From an uncultured Chloroflexia bacterium (lineage in GTDB: Bacteria; Chloroflexota; Limnocylindria; Limnocylindrales; CSP1-4): a stretch of DNA of 64,000 nt. The notes beneath the pieces are model-generated. The model worked only from the letters and a program-made list of their open reading frames with translations, was not told where the DNA came from and made no database searches. Shown piece by piece: positions 29,765 through 40,300 of this stretch (positions are counted from its first letter, which is position 1; every line of letters starts with the position of its first letter). The position numbers were made by a program, and so were the translations under genes. The stretch lies in contig CAWEIJ010000002.1 in NCBI GenBank assembly GCA_963809215.1, positions 2,019,220-2,083,219 of the forward strand, in the 5' to 3' direction.

Positions 29765-30802
29765 ATGAGCGGATCGGGTCCGGCCCTGCCCCGCGCGGAC
29801 GCGCCGCTCCGCGTGGGCGTCGTGGGGACCGGGTTCATGGGCGAGACCCACGTGGCCGCGTGGGCGGCCGAGGGCATCCGCGCCGTGATCCACGACGTGG
29901 ATGCCGGCCGTGCCGCGACGCTCGCCGACCGGTACGGGGTGCGAATGGCGGCCACCCGCGAGGAGCTTCTCGGCGCCGTGGACGTCGTGGACGTCTGCAC
30001 GCCGACGCATCTCCATGCCGAGGTCGCCATCGCCGCCGCGCGCGCCGGCTGCCACGTGATCTGCGAGAAGCCCATGGCGCGCACGCTGGCGGACGCCGAG
30101 GCGATGCTCGCGGCGGCGCGCGACGCCGGCGTCCGGCTCTTCGTGGCGCACGTGGTGCGGTTCTTCCCCGAGTACGTCGCGGCGCGGTCGGCGGTGCTCG
30201 ACGGCGCGATCGGCGAGCCCGGCGTCCTCCGCCTGACCCGGGCGAGCTTCCGCCCGCGACATCCCGCGGGGCACTGGTTCTTCGACCACGCCAAGTCGGG
30301 GGGGATCGTCCTGGACCTGATGGTCCACGACCTCGACTTCGCGCGCTGGATCGCGGGCGACGTCGTCGCGGTCCACTGCCGGTCCGCAAGCGTGGCGTAC
30401 CCCGGCGCGGGCGTCGACCACGCCGTGGCGATCCTCACCCACCGCTCGGGCGCGATCAGCCATGTCTCGGCGTCGTGGGGCTACGCTCCACCCACGTTCA
30501 CGACGTCGTTCGAGATCGCCGGATCGCACGGGCTCATCGAGCAGAGCTCGGCCGCGACCTCCCCGGTGATGCCGTCGCTGCTCGCGGGCGCATCGGACGG
30601 CGGCACCACGGCGCTGGCAGACACGGCGCTCGCCGGGGACCCGTTCCGGCTGGAGCTCGCGGAGTTCGCGCGGGCGATCCGCGACGGCACCGACGCGCGG
30701 ATCAGCGCCGAGGACGGACTGGCGGCGCTCCGAATCGCGCTCGCCGCCGACGAGTCCGCGCAGACTGGAGCGGTCGTCCGGATCGCGCCGGAGGCCGCGT
30801 GA
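29765..30802 (+). CDS. Gfo/Idh/MocA-family oxidoreductase
   Basis: VGVVGTGFMG and EKPMA motifs. Confidence 0.85.
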   Translation: MSGSGPALPRADAPLRVGVVGTGFMGETHVAAWAAEGIRAVIHDVDAGRAATLADRYGVRMAATREELLGAVDVVDVCTPTHLHAEVAIAAARAGCHVICEKPMARTLADAEAMLAAARDAGVRLFVAHVVRFFPEYVAARSAVLDGAIGEPGVLRLTRASFRPRHPAGHWFFDHAKSGGIVLDLMVHDLDFARWIAGDVVAVHCRSASVAYPGAGVDHAVAILTHRSGAISHVSASWGYAPPTFTTSFEIAGSHGLIEQSSAATSPVMPSLLAGASDGGTTALADTALAGDPFRLELAEFARAIRDGTDARISAEDGLAALRIALAADESAQTGAVVRIAPEAA

Positions 30803-31821
30803 TGGCCCTCGAGGCGCAGGGCGGCGCACCCGTTCGGATCGGCGTCCTCTCGGCCGAGCACGTCCACGCGCCTACGTACATCTCGCTCCTCGCCTCGATG
30901 CCGGGCGCTCATCTCGTGGGTGTCTGGGACGACGACCGGCAGCGGGCGGCGAGCGCGGCGGAGCCGGTCTCGACGCGCGCCTTCGCGGACGTCGATGACC
31001 TGCTCGAACGCGTCGACGGGGTCGTGATCGCGTCTGCCAACAGCCGCCACCGACGGCTCGCCGAGATCGCCGCTGCGGCGGGGGTGCACGTCCTGTGCGA
31101 GAAGCCGCTCGCCACCACCATCGACGACGCCCGCGCGATCGTGGACGCCTGCGCCGCCGCCGGCGTTCGCCTGATGACCGCGTTCCCGTCCCGCTGGAAC
31201 CCGGCCGCGCGAGCGCTCGAGTCGGCCGTCCGCACCGGGGCGCTTGGCACGCCGGTCTTCCTCGAGGGCGCGAACACCGGGACGATGCCGGACGTCCACG
31301 CGCCGTGGTTCGTGGATCCCGCGCTCGCCGGGGGCGGCGCCGTGACCGACCACGTGGTGCACCTGGCGGACCTCTACCGGTGGATCCTGCGCTCGGAGGT
31401 CGTGGAGGTCTACGCCGTCGCGAACCGGATCCTCCAGGAGCGGTTCGCCCGGGTCGAGACCGGTGGCCTCGTCTCGATGCGGTTCGCCAACGGCGTGTCG
31501 GCCACGATCGACTGCAGCTGGAGCAAGCCGCGCTCGTACCCGACGTGGGGCGGCCTCTCGGTGCAGGCGATCGGCACGGGCGGAGCGTTCGGCATCGATG
31601 CCTTCCGGCAGCGGCTCGCCGTCTACGGAACCCGCGACGTCGGCATCTCGTGGCGGGCGTGGGGCCCGGATGCCGATGCCGGGATGCTGGCGGAGTTCCT
31701 GTCCGCCGTCCGGGAGGACCGGGAACCGGCCGTCACGGGCCTCGACGGGCTGCGGGCGGTCGAGATCGTGGACGCCGCGTACCGCTCCATCGCTGCCGGC
31801 GCGCCGGTCCCGCTCGGATGA
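30802..31821 (+). CDS. Gfo/Idh/MocA-family oxidoreductase
   Basis: Start ATG overlaps the previous stop (TGATG). EKPLA motif. Hidden inside the long off-frame ORF 27775..31821 in the track. Confidence 0.8.
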   Translation: MALEAQGGAPVRIGVLSAEHVHAPTYISLLASMPGAHLVGVWDDDRQRAASAAEPVSTRAFADVDDLLERVDGVVIASANSRHRRLAEIAAAAGVHVLCEKPLATTIDDARAIVDACAAAGVRLMTAFPSRWNPAARALESAVRTGALGTPVFLEGANTGTMPDVHAPWFVDPALAGGGAVTDHVVHLADLYRWILRSEVVEVYAVANRILQERFARVETGGLVSMRFANGVSATIDCSWSKPRSYPTWGGLSVQAIGTGGAFGIDAFRQRLAVYGTRDVGISWRAWGPDADAGMLAEFLSAVREDREPAVTGLDGLRAVEIVDAAYRSIAAGAPVPLG

Positions 31822-32768
31822 CCGCTGCCCGGCACCTCGGGCTCGACCTCGGGGGAACGCAGCTGAAATGGGCGGTCGTGGAGACCGCGGACGGGACCTG
31901 GAACCGCCTGGCGACCGACCTCGTCCCGACCCGCGTCGACGCGGGTGCGGACGGGATCATCGAGCAGCTGGCGGAGACGGCCGCGGCGGCCGGCCCCGCC
32001 TGGGGCCCGATCGCATCGGTCGGCGTGGGGATACCGGGACGGTACGACGCCGCCGCGGGCCGCGTGGTCATGACGCCGAACATCCCGGTGCGCTGGGAGG
32101 GCACGCGCCTGGTGGCCCGGCTCGAGGCGATCGTCGGGGTGCCCGTTCATCTCATCAACGATGCCCGCGCGTTCACGCTCGCCGAGCTCCGCCTCGGCGC
32201 CGGGCGGGGCGCCCAGACGCTCATCGGCATGACGCTGGGCACCGGCGTCGGCGGCGGGATCGCCATCCGGGGCACGCTCCACCTCGGACATGACGGCGCG
32301 GCCGGCGAGATCGGCCACCAGACGATCGACCCCGACGGCCCGCTCTGCAACTGCGGCAATCGCGGCTGCGTCGAGGCGTTCGCCCGGGCGGACGTCATCG
32401 CCGCCACGTGCGGGACGTCCACGGTCGAGGAAGCGGTCAGGGCGGCGGCCGCGGGCGACGCGCGAGCGATCGATGGGCTCGCCCAGGTCGGACGGTACCT
32501 GGGGATCGGCATCGCCAACATCGTGACCGTCCTGACCCCGGATCGCGTCGTGGTCGGCGGCGGTGTCTCGGCGGCCGGCGAGATCCTGTTCGCGTCCGTC
32601 CGCGCCGAGCTCGACCGGCGGGTCCGGATGACCGGGACCGGTAGCGTCGAGCTGGTCCGGGCGGAGCTCGGGATCTGGGCCGGAGCGATCGGCGCGGCGA
32701 TCCACGGAGCGGAGGCCGCGGCGGACGCTGCCGGGATGACGGGACCGAGGAGGCAGATGAACCGATGA
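31818..32768 (+). CDS. ROK-family sugar kinase (glucokinase/N-acetylglucosamine kinase-like)
   Basis: LGLDLGGTQLKWAVV motif, CNCGNRGCVE zinc motif and ROK signature. ATGA overlaps at both ends. Confidence 0.85.
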   Translation: MTAARHLGLDLGGTQLKWAVVETADGTWNRLATDLVPTRVDAGADGIIEQLAETAAAAGPAWGPIASVGVGIPGRYDAAAGRVVMTPNIPVRWEGTRLVARLEAIVGVPVHLINDARAFTLAELRLGAGRGAQTLIGMTLGTGVGGGIAIRGTLHLGHDGAAGEIGHQTIDPDGPLCNCGNRGCVEAFARADVIAATCGTSTVEEAVRAAAAGDARAIDGLAQVGRYLGIGIANIVTVLTPDRVVVGGGVSAAGEILFASVRAELDRRVRMTGTGSVELVRAELGIWAGAIGAAIHGAEAAADAAGMTGPRRQMNR

Positions 32769-33910
32769 GCGACTTCGGGATCGTGAGCGGGCGCCTCGTC
32801 CTCGACGACCGCGTCGTCGCGGGCCGCGTCGTCGTCGAGGACGGTCGCATCGCGGCGGTCGAACCGGATCCGTCCGTCGAAGGCGGCCCGTGGATCCTGC
32901 CCGGCTTCGTTGACGTCCACGTCCACGGCTGGGGCGGGTACAGCGCGATGGGCCCCGCGCCGTCCCTCGATGGCATGGCGCGCGCGCTCCTGGCGCGCGG
33001 CGTCACGTCGTTCCTGCCGACCGCCGTCACTGCGCCGCTCGACGGGCTGCGGACCTTTGCCGAGACGGTCCGCGGCTGGATGCCCGGCGCCCCGCCGGAT
33101 GGAGCGGCGCCGCTGGGCTTCAACCTCGAGGGGCCGTTCGTCTCGCCCCAGCGCGTGGGCGCCCAGAACCCCGCGTTCGTGCGGGCTCCCGCCGATGTCG
33201 CGCTCGCCGATCTCGAGCCCCTGGTCGACGGCTTCCGGCTCACGACGATCGCGCCGGAGGCGCCCGGCGCGGTCGACCTGATCCGCTGGCTCGCCGCGCG
33301 CGGCGTGGTGGCGTCGCTCGGCCACTCCGTGGCGACGGCCGCCGAGGCGCACGCGGGCTACGACGCCGGCGCGCGGACGACCACGCACGTGTTCAACGCG
33401 ATGTCGGGGATCCACCAGCACACGCCCGGCCTCGCGGCGGTGGCGCTCTCGCGGGACGATGTCTACACCGAGCTCATCGCCGACGGCCACCACGTGGATC
33501 GCGAGCTGTGGCCGCTGATCCTGCGCACGAAGCCGGCGGACCGGCTCGTCCTGGTGAGCGACGCGATCGAGCTGGCAGGGACGCCGCTGGAGCGCGGCTC
33601 CCTCGGCGGCCTCGAGGTGCAGGTGCAGGGCGACCGATGCACGCTCGTGTCGAACGGCGCGCTCGCGGGCTCGGTCATCGCCCTCGACACGTCCGTTCGG
33701 AACCTCGCGCGGTTCGGGCTGGAGATGCCGCGGGTCGCCGCGGCGGCGAGCGCCAACCCGCTGGCGCTGATCGGGGTCACCGATCGCGGACGGATCGCCG
33801 CCGGCCTCCTGGCGGACCTGGTGGAGCTCGACGCGGCCTTCGTCGTGCAACGGGTCATGCGCGCGGGACGGTGGTTCGAGGGCCCCGGGGCCGCAGCACC
33901 CCGCGCGTGA
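32765..33910 (+). CDS. nagA: N-acetylglucosamine-6-phosphate deacetylase (amidohydrolase superfamily)
   Basis: FVDVHVHG and HxFNAMSG-type motifs characteristic of NagA. Confidence 0.8.
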   Translation: MSDFGIVSGRLVLDDRVVAGRVVVEDGRIAAVEPDPSVEGGPWILPGFVDVHVHGWGGYSAMGPAPSLDGMARALLARGVTSFLPTAVTAPLDGLRTFAETVRGWMPGAPPDGAAPLGFNLEGPFVSPQRVGAQNPAFVRAPADVALADLEPLVDGFRLTTIAPEAPGAVDLIRWLAARGVVASLGHSVATAAEAHAGYDAGARTTTHVFNAMSGIHQHTPGLAAVALSRDDVYTELIADGHHVDRELWPLILRTKPADRLVLVSDAIELAGTPLERGSLGGLEVQVQGDRCTLVSNGALAGSVIALDTSVRNLARFGLEMPRVAAAASANPLALIGVTDRGRIAAGLLADLVELDAAFVVQRVMRAGRWFEGPGAAAPRA

Positions 33911-33952
33911 GTCGCGTCAGCGCGGCCTGACGTCGCGAAGGGCAGCCCGGGC

Positions 33953-33985
33953 CGGCACCGCGACGAGGATCGCCCGCCGCGGTGC
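33953..33985. terminator. GC hairpin (GGCACCGCG-N15-CGCGGTGCC) between the convergent nagA and giant-protein genes; bidirectional terminator candidate
   Basis: 9-bp perfect inverted repeat read directly. Confidence 0.35.
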
Positions 33986-34001
33986 CGTCATGACCCCCCG
34001 T

Positions 34002-37000
34002 TCAGGGCCCGGGCGTGAAGCTGACGTTGTCGAAGGTGGCGGTCCCGAGCTTGGTGTTGACGTGCGAGCATTCCTCGAGCCCGAGGGTCGCCGCCGTCGG
34101 GATCGTGGCGAGGCTGGTCGAGGCGACCTGGGTCCAGGCGACGCCGTCAGACGACAGGAAGGCCGTGAACGACGAGCCGGAGCGGACCATCTTCATCCAG
34201 ACGTTGGGGAACGCGTAGGTCGTCGAGGCCTGGACCGAGCTGCTGAACTTCCACTGGACCTTGACGACGCCGCTGTTGTTGACCGCGATCAGGAAGTAGG
34301 GCGAGCCCGAGGACGTCGAGGCCTTCCAGATGAGCCCGGCCTTGCTGTTGGAGCTGCCGGTGTTCGTCTGGCTCGTCACCCGGGCGATGAGCGTGCCGTT
34401 GCCCGACACCGGCTGGTAGACGTAGTGGAACTGGTCGTACGTGCCGTAGATGTCGGCCCCTGAGCCGCTGACGGTGAAGACGCCGCCGGCGTAGGTCGCC
34501 GAGCCCGCGACCGCGGGAGACCCGATGTCGGCGTCGGTCCAGGGCGACGGCAGGCCGCCACCCGTGCTGGCCGTGACGGTCAGGCTGACGCTGGTCGTGT
34601 GGGTGGCCGAGGGCGCCGTGCCGGTGACCGTCAGCGGGTAGGTGCCGGGCGTGACGCCCGAGCCCACGGTGAGGGTCAGGGCCGAGCCTGCGCCGGCGGT
34701 GACGCTCGCCGGGCTGAAGCCGGCCGTCACCCCCGCCGGCAGGCCCGAGGCCGCCAGGCTGATGCTCTCGGCGCTGCCCGAGACGAGGGCGGTGCTGATG
34801 GTGCTGCCGCCGGCGGCACCCTGCACGACCGAGACGCTCGAGGGGCTGGCGCTCATCGAGAAGTCGTTGGTCACCGGAGCCGTGACGGTCAGGCTGACGC
34901 TGGTCGTGTGGGTGGCCGAGGGCGCCGTGCCGGTGACCGTCAGCGGGTAGGTCCCGGGCGTGACGCCCGAGCCCACGGTGAGGGTCAGGGCCGAGCCTGC
35001 GCCGGCGGTGACGCTCGCCGGGCTGAAGCCGGCCGTCACCCCCGCCGGCAGGCCCGAGGCCGCCAGGCTGATGCTCTCGGCGCTGCCCGAGACGAGGGCG
35101 GTGCTGATGGTGCTGCCGCCGGCGGCACCCTGCACGACCGAGACGCTCGAGGGGCTGGCGCTCATCGAGAAGTCGTTGGTCACCGGAGCCGTGACGGTCA
35201 GGCTGACGCTGGTCGTGTGGGTGGCCGAGGGCGCCGTGCCGGTGACCGTCAGCGGGTAGGTGCCGGGCGTGACGCCCGAGCCCACGGTGAGGGTCAGGGC
35301 CGAGCCTGCGCCGGCCGTGACGCTCGCCGGGCTGAAGCCGGCCGTCACCCCCGCCGGCAGGCCCGAGGCCGCCAGGCTGATGCTCTCGGCGCTGCCCGAG
35401 ACGAGGGCGGTGCTGATGGTGCTGCCGCCGGCGGCACCCTGCACGACCGAGACGCTCGAGGGGCTGGCGCTCATCGAGAAGTTGTTGGGCGGCGGGGAGC
35501 TGCTGGTGACCGTCAGCTTCACGGTCACGCTGTGCGTGGCCGAAGCCGACGTCCCCGTCACCGTGATGGAGTAGCTCGCGGCCGGGACCGCGGCCCCGAC
35601 CGAGAACGTCAGCGTCGAGCTCCCGCCGGTGGTCACCGACGCCGGGCTGAAGGCGGCAGTGACGCCCGCCGGCAGGCCGGTCGCGCTGAGCGTGATCGAT
35701 TCCGCGCTGCCCGAGATCAGGCCCGTCCCGATCGTCGTCTGGCCCGCCGCGCCGGCGGCAACGCTCAGCGAGGATGGCTTCGCCGTGACCGTGAAGTTGT
35801 TCGGTGGGGGCGGCGCGGCGGTCGGCAGGCTCACCGATCCGAAGGTCGCCGTGCCCAGGGCCGTGGTGCTATGGGAGGTCACCGCCATCCCGGCGAGGAC
35901 CGTCCCCGAGACCCCCAGGACCTGGCTCGAGCCGGCGACCGGCGTCCAGCTCACCCCGTCCGGCGAGGTGTACGCGGTGACGATGCTCCCCGACCGCAGC
36001 ACGGAGACGTAGGCCGGGACCGTTCCGGCGATGTTGGCGATGGTCACCACGTTGGCGTTCGTGGTGGGCCGCTGGAGCACGAACAGGCCCGCGCCAGGGG
36101 TGACCACGAGGGCATAGAACGGCGCGCCCGCATCCGTGCTCTGGCGGAGCATCACGCCGGCCCTCGCCCGGCTGTTCGTGTTCGTCTGGGTCAGGACGCG
36201 GGCATTCGCGCCGCCGTCCGCGGCGAGCGGCTGCCAGACGAGGTGGAGCTGGTCCGCCGTCCCGCCGATGTCGCGCCCGGAGCCGGAGATCGTCCAGGTG
36301 CCGTTGCTCAGCGAGTCGCTGCCCGCGACCGGCGGGGATCCGATGTCGACGCCGGTCCATCCGTTGGTCGACGTCCCCCAGGTCACGCTCGCCTGGTTCG
36401 ACCTGAAGCTGCCGACGGTCGTGACGCTCGCCACGACGATGTCGGTGCCCGAGACGCTGCTGCCGTAGGTGAAGGACGCGTGCCCGGTCGCGTCGGTCAC
36501 CGCGCTCCCGGTGACGCCCGCGTTCGGGCCGACGATGATCGTGAAGCCGACGGTGACGTTCGGGACGACGGCGCCGCCGCCATCCTGGAGGAGCGCCGTC
36601 TCGGTGACCTGGCCACCGACTGGCTGCGAGGCCGACGCCGGGCCGAGGGTGAGAGTCGCGGTGTCCGATCCCGCCGCGCCGATGGCACGCCACTGGATCG
36701 ACTCGTTCTGGCCGCAGTAGCCGCGGTCGATGCCGCCGGTGTCGAGGACATGGGTGCTGTCGACGAGCGTCGTGGGGACGCCGGCGATGGTGATGGTCAC
36801 CGTCGGCGCGACCGTGACCGGCGTGCAGATGTTGCCCGGGTAGCCGCTCGTGTCGAAGTTGTCGGAGCCCGGGTTGTTCGTGGGCGGGTTCTCGGTGAGG
36901 ATGACGCTCTTGCCCGCCGGGACCGTGAACGAGCCCCAGAGGCTGAACGCCTTGCCGCCCGGGACGGACGAGTGGATGTCGGCCGAGACGCTGCTGACCG

Positions 37001-37343
37001 TGACGTCGGCGGTTCCCGGGTTGTCGAGGCGGATCGCCCCGGCGTCATAGCAGGTGGTGAGGGTTCCGCATGCCGTCTGGCCCGGGACGGTGCCGCCCAG
37101 GAAGGTCGTGTTCGGAGCGCCGACCCAGGGAACCGGGAAGGCCGCCGGGTTCGGGTTGTTCGTCTCCTTGTCCTCGGCGTAGCCGACGGAGACGTTGAGG
37201 CCGCCTGCGCTCGAACCGGCGGCGATGGTCGCTCCGAGCAGGCCCTGGGGCGCGACGGCGACCGACGATCCGAACGCGGTCGCCGTCGCGAACACCAGGG
37301 CAAGGCCCGAGCGGACCCCCCGCTTCCAGCTCGATGCCTTCAT
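34002..37343 (-). CDS. giant secreted repeat protein (~1113 aa): signal peptide, Big_1-like Ig domain, lectin-like ~150-aa domain, 5 Ig-like 103-aa repeats, C-terminal lectin-like domain
   Basis: Start MKASSWKRGVRSGLALVFATATAFGSSVAVA with GGGGGG SD. Internal near-identical repeats. It is the lower part of ORF 34002..38720. Confidence 0.75.
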   Translation of the reverse strand: MKASSWKRGVRSGLALVFATATAFGSSVAVAPQGLLGATIAAGSSAGGLNVSVGYAEDKETNNPNPAAFPVPWVGAPNTTFLGGTVPGQTACGTLTTCYDAGAIRLDNPGTADVTVSSVSADIHSSVPGGKAFSLWGSFTVPAGKSVILTENPPTNNPGSDNFDTSGYPGNICTPVTVAPTVTITIAGVPTTLVDSTHVLDTGGIDRGYCGQNESIQWRAIGAAGSDTATLTLGPASASQPVGGQVTETALLQDGGGAVVPNVTVGFTIIVGPNAGVTGSAVTDATGHASFTYGSSVSGTDIVVASVTTVGSFRSNQASVTWGTSTNGWTGVDIGSPPVAGSDSLSNGTWTISGSGRDIGGTADQLHLVWQPLAADGGANARVLTQTNTNSRARAGVMLRQSTDAGAPFYALVVTPGAGLFVLQRPTTNANVVTIANIAGTVPAYVSVLRSGSIVTAYTSPDGVSWTPVAGSSQVLGVSGTVLAGMAVTSHSTTALGTATFGSVSLPTAAPPPPNNFTVTAKPSSLSVAAGAAGQTTIGTGLISGSAESITLSATGLPAGVTAAFSPASVTTGGSSTLTFSVGAAVPAASYSITVTGTSASATHSVTVKLTVTSSSPPPNNFSMSASPSSVSVVQGAAGGSTISTALVSGSAESISLAASGLPAGVTAGFSPASVTAGAGSALTLTVGSGVTPGTYPLTVTGTAPSATHTTSVSLTVTAPVTNDFSMSASPSSVSVVQGAAGGSTISTALVSGSAESISLAASGLPAGVTAGFSPASVTAGAGSALTLTVGSGVTPGTYPLTVTGTAPSATHTTSVSLTVTAPVTNDFSMSASPSSVSVVQGAAGGSTISTALVSGSAESISLAASGLPAGVTAGFSPASVTAGAGSALTLTVGSGVTPGTYPLTVTGTAPSATHTTSVSLTVTASTGGGLPSPWTDADIGSPAVAGSATYAGGVFTVSGSGADIYGTYDQFHYVYQPVSGNGTLIARVTSQTNTGSSNSKAGLIWKASTSSGSPYFLIAVNNSGVVKVQWKFSSSVQASTTYAFPNVWMKMVRSGSSFTAFLSSDGVAWTQVASTSLATIPTAATLGLEECSHVNTKLGTATFDNVSFTPGP
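34600..35530. repeat. 3 tandem, essentially identical 309-bp coding repeats (Ig-like domain units). The same unit recurs at ~38000-38620 in the neighbouring gene.
   Basis: Opposite-strand ORFs at 34642, 34960 and 35260 translate to identical 102-aa peptides; the period is 309 bp. Confidence 0.85.
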
Positions 37344-37399
37344 GACGTGAGCCCCCCGTGTGTTGCGGATGGTGTGGGACGCGTGGCCTGACGTCCCTG

Positions 37400-40300
37400 T
37401 CAGGGCTGGGTGATGGTGACGGTGTCGAAGGTGGCGCTGCCGAGGACGTTCGCGTTGTGGCTCGTGACGGCCATCCCGGCGAGGACGGTCGTGGGCATGG
37501 CGGTGATGGTCTGGGACGTGCCCGCGATGAACGTGAAGGTGACGCCGTCGGAGCTCGTGTAGGCGCTGAAGGTGTTGCCCGAGCGGGCGATCCGCAGGTA
37601 GAGCGGCGGGACGCCGGCGACCTTCGTGGCCTGGGAGGTGGTGCCGCCCTGGGTCGTCCGCCACTGGGTGGCGACGCCCTTGGTGGTGGTCATGAGGACG
37701 GCGTAGTAGGGCGCGGCCGGGTCGCTGCTCGCGCGCAACATGATGCCGGCCTTGGCGCTCGACGAGGTGTTGGTCTGCGAGGTGATCCGGACCGTCAGGG
37801 TCGAGTTGCCGGTCAGGGCTCTGGGAGACGAAGTTGAACTGGTCCGAGGCGTTGAAGATGTCGGCCCCTGAGCCGCTGACGGTGAACACGCCGCCGGCGT
37901 AGGTCGCCGAGCCCGCGACCGCGGGAGACCCGATGTCGGCGTCGGTCCAGGGCGACGGCAGGCCGCCACCCGTGCTGGCCGTGACGGTCAGGCTGACGCT
38001 GGTCGTGTGGGTGGCCGAGGTCGCCGTGCCGGTGACCGTCAGGGGGTAGGTCCCGGGCGTGACGCCCGAGCCCACGGTGAGGGTCAGGGCCGAGCCTGCG
38101 CCGGCCGTGACGCTCGCCGGGCTGAAGCCGGCCGTCACCCCCGCCGGCAGGCCCGAGGCCGCCAGGCTGATGCTCTCGGCGCTGCCCGAGACGAGGGCGG
38201 TGCTGATGGTGCTGCCGCCGGCGGCACCCTGGACGACCGAGACGCTCGAGGGGCTGGCGCTCATCGAGAAGTTGTTGGGCGGCGGAGCCGTGACGGTCAG
38301 GCTGACGCTGGTCGTGTGGGTGGCCGAGGGCGCCGTGCCGGTGACCGTCAGCGGGTAGGTGCCGGGCGTGACGCCCGAGCCCACGGTGAGGGTCAGGGCC
38401 GAGCCTGCGCCGGCGGTGACGCTCGCCGGGCTGAAGCCGGCCGTCACCCCCGCCGGCAGGCCCGAGGCCGCCAGGCTGATGCTCTCGGCGCTGCCCGAGA
38501 CGAGGGCGGTGCTGATGGTGCTGCCGCCGGCGGCACCCTGCACGACCGAGACGCTCGAGGGGCTGGCGCTCATCGAGAAGTCGTTGGGCGGCGGGGAGCT
38601 GCCCGGCACGCTGACGTTGTCGAAGGTCGCCGTGCCGAGCGCGCTCGTCTTGTGCGATGTCACGGCTAGGCCCGCGAGCATCGCCCCGGTCACCCCCGGG
38701 CTCGCGCTCGAGCCGGGCACGGCCGTCCAGGTGGCGCCGTCGCTCGAGGTGAACGCCGTGAACTTCGTGCCCGATCGCGTGATCCTGGAGGTAGATCGGG
38801 AGCGTGGCCGCGACCTTCGAGCTCTGCGAGGTCGTGACCCCCTGGCTGTTGCGCCACTGGACGACGACGCCGCTTCCGGGCGTGTAGAGCGCTGAATAGT
38901 AGGGAGAGCCCGGGTCGGTGGTCGCGCGCATCATCACGCCCGACTTGGCCGAGGAGCTCGTGTTCGTCTGGGTGACGAGCCGGGCGCTCACGTGCCGTCC
39001 GAGCTCGTCGAGACGGATGCGAAGTTGAACTGGTCGCTCGTGCCGTAGATGTCGGCGCCGGCGCCGATGACCGTGAAGGTGGGGCTCGTGTAGCCGCCCG
39101 ATCCGGTGATCGCGGGCGCGCCGATGTCCTGGTCGGTCCAGCCGGTGGGCAGGGGTCCGAGCGGCGGGGTCGTCGACGCCCACGACCTGGACGTGATCGA
39201 ACGCGACGGTGCTGTACTGGCCGATGTTGTGGGCCGTGTCGAAGAGCCCGATCGTGACCGGGCCCGTCATGGCCAGCGTGACGACGCCGATCTGCGTCCA
39301 GTTGACGCCGTCCGCGGAGATCGACGAGACGAACGTGTTGCCCGACCGCTGCAGCTGCACCCACTTGTTCGGCGAGGCGAAGCCGGTCGGGTAGGTCTTT
39401 GGTGTCACCCCGCCCGGGCCCGTGTACTGCATGCGCGCGCCGTTGCCCATCGCCGGCGTCACGGGCGGCAGCGGGCTGATGCAGCCGTTCGCGTCGCAGG
39501 CCACGCCGTTGATGTTCGGCGTGTTCGGGCTGACGTCGGGCGCCACGAGCGCGTCGACGAAGGCCGTGCCGGCCGCCGTGGACTGCGCGACCATGACGCC
39601 GGCCTTCGCCCAGGAGCTCGAGTTCGACTGGTAGCGGACCCGGGCGGTGATCGTCCCGTCGCCGGTCAGGGCCTGGTAGACGTAGTGGAACTGCTCGTTG
39701 GCGCCGTAGACATCCGAGCCCGAGCCGTCGACGTAGAACGTCCCGCTGCTCGCCGCGTAGTCGGCCGCGCCGACGGTGATCGGGGCGCCGACGTCGACGC
39801 TCTGCCACGACGAGGGCATCGTCGATGTCACCGGCTCGTAGTTGGCCGTGTAGGACCCCGGACCGGACCCGGCGGTGAACGTGTCGGTGAGCGTGCTGCC
39901 GTCCGCGAAGCCGGCGAACCGGTACCGGCTCCCGCCGATCGCCTGGACGAGCGGCATCCCGGCGATCACGTGCTGGACGCCGACGACGTCGGTCGTGCTG
40001 AAGGGGCCCGTGACCCACTGGCCGTCGATCGCGTAGCCCGCCCCGGCCACGTTCGCGCTCGCCGTCCAGGTGGTGGTGTTGGGATGGAGATCCTGGGTCA
40101 CGACGGTCTGGAGGCCGAGCGAGTCGGTGACGGTCAGCGTGATCCGATAGAAGCTCGTCGGCGTCTGGGACGGGTCCGTCGGGACCTGGAAGCTGCCGGA
40201 GGTGACGCCCGTCACGGGTCCGTAGAACGGGGATGCCACCTCGGCGGAGAAGGACGGCTGCGCAACGCCGTTGGCGTAGAAGTCGACCTTCCAGGAGTAG

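Noticed and set aside
34642-35574. Three identical 102-aa plus-strand ORFs (34642, 34960, 35260; copies at 38059 and 38359) that look like a gene family
   Set aside because: They are the antisense read-through of the 309-bp tandem coding repeat of the minus-strand giant genes, not independent genes.
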